Positions 63,981-64,000 of a stretch of DNA of 64,000 nucleotides are shown here, one piece after another; within the stretch, counting starts at the first letter, position 1; each line of letters starts with the position of its first letter. A program made the position numbers and the translations under genes. The DNA comes from Klebsormidium nitens (taxonomy: Eukaryota; Plantae; Klebsormidiophyceae). The stretch spans positions 146,771 through 210,770 of the forward strand of contig DF237042.1 in NCBI GenBank assembly GCA_000708835.1. The letters are read 5' to 3'. A model generated the notes under the pieces. That model was given only the letters and a program-made list of their open reading frames with translations, had not been told where the DNA came from and searched no databases.

Positions 63981-64000
63981 TCTCAGAAAAGAGAGGGCAT

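Overview
Intron-rich eukaryotic nuclear DNA from a streptophyte green alga; a Klebsormidium-like source is inferred from the RbcS sequence, plant-type intron positions and GT-AG introns, not proven. Genes were reconstructed by hand-splicing exons. In order: the 3' half of a divergent ferritin (+); RPP40 (-) head-to-head with XRCC1 (+); a GT92/DUF23 glycosyltransferase (-); RbcS (-) head-to-head with an MSL1-like mechanosensitive channel (+); a 9-kb gene for a Pro-rich, bacterial-Ig-like, multi-TM protein (-); two convergent fucosyltransferase-fold genes; and two poorly resolved unknown genes. Five observations stand out. (1) XRCC1 keeps the animal-type N-terminal Pol-beta-binding domain that flowering-plant XRCC1 lacks, joined to a plant-type C-terminus. 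(2) The ferritin has lost ferroxidase and channel residues (human-H numbering E107Y, E134T, E140H, Q141L). (3) At least five 3' splice junctions are tandemly duplicated into the upstream intron, some keeping a cryptic AG. (4) CATG/GATC-dense islands lie in all four convergent intergenic regions. (5) The Ig/TM protein carries three R-x-x-L-type candidate cleavage motifs. No CRISPR, rRNA, tRNA or intact transposon was found. All homology calls are from motif recall; no database search was run.
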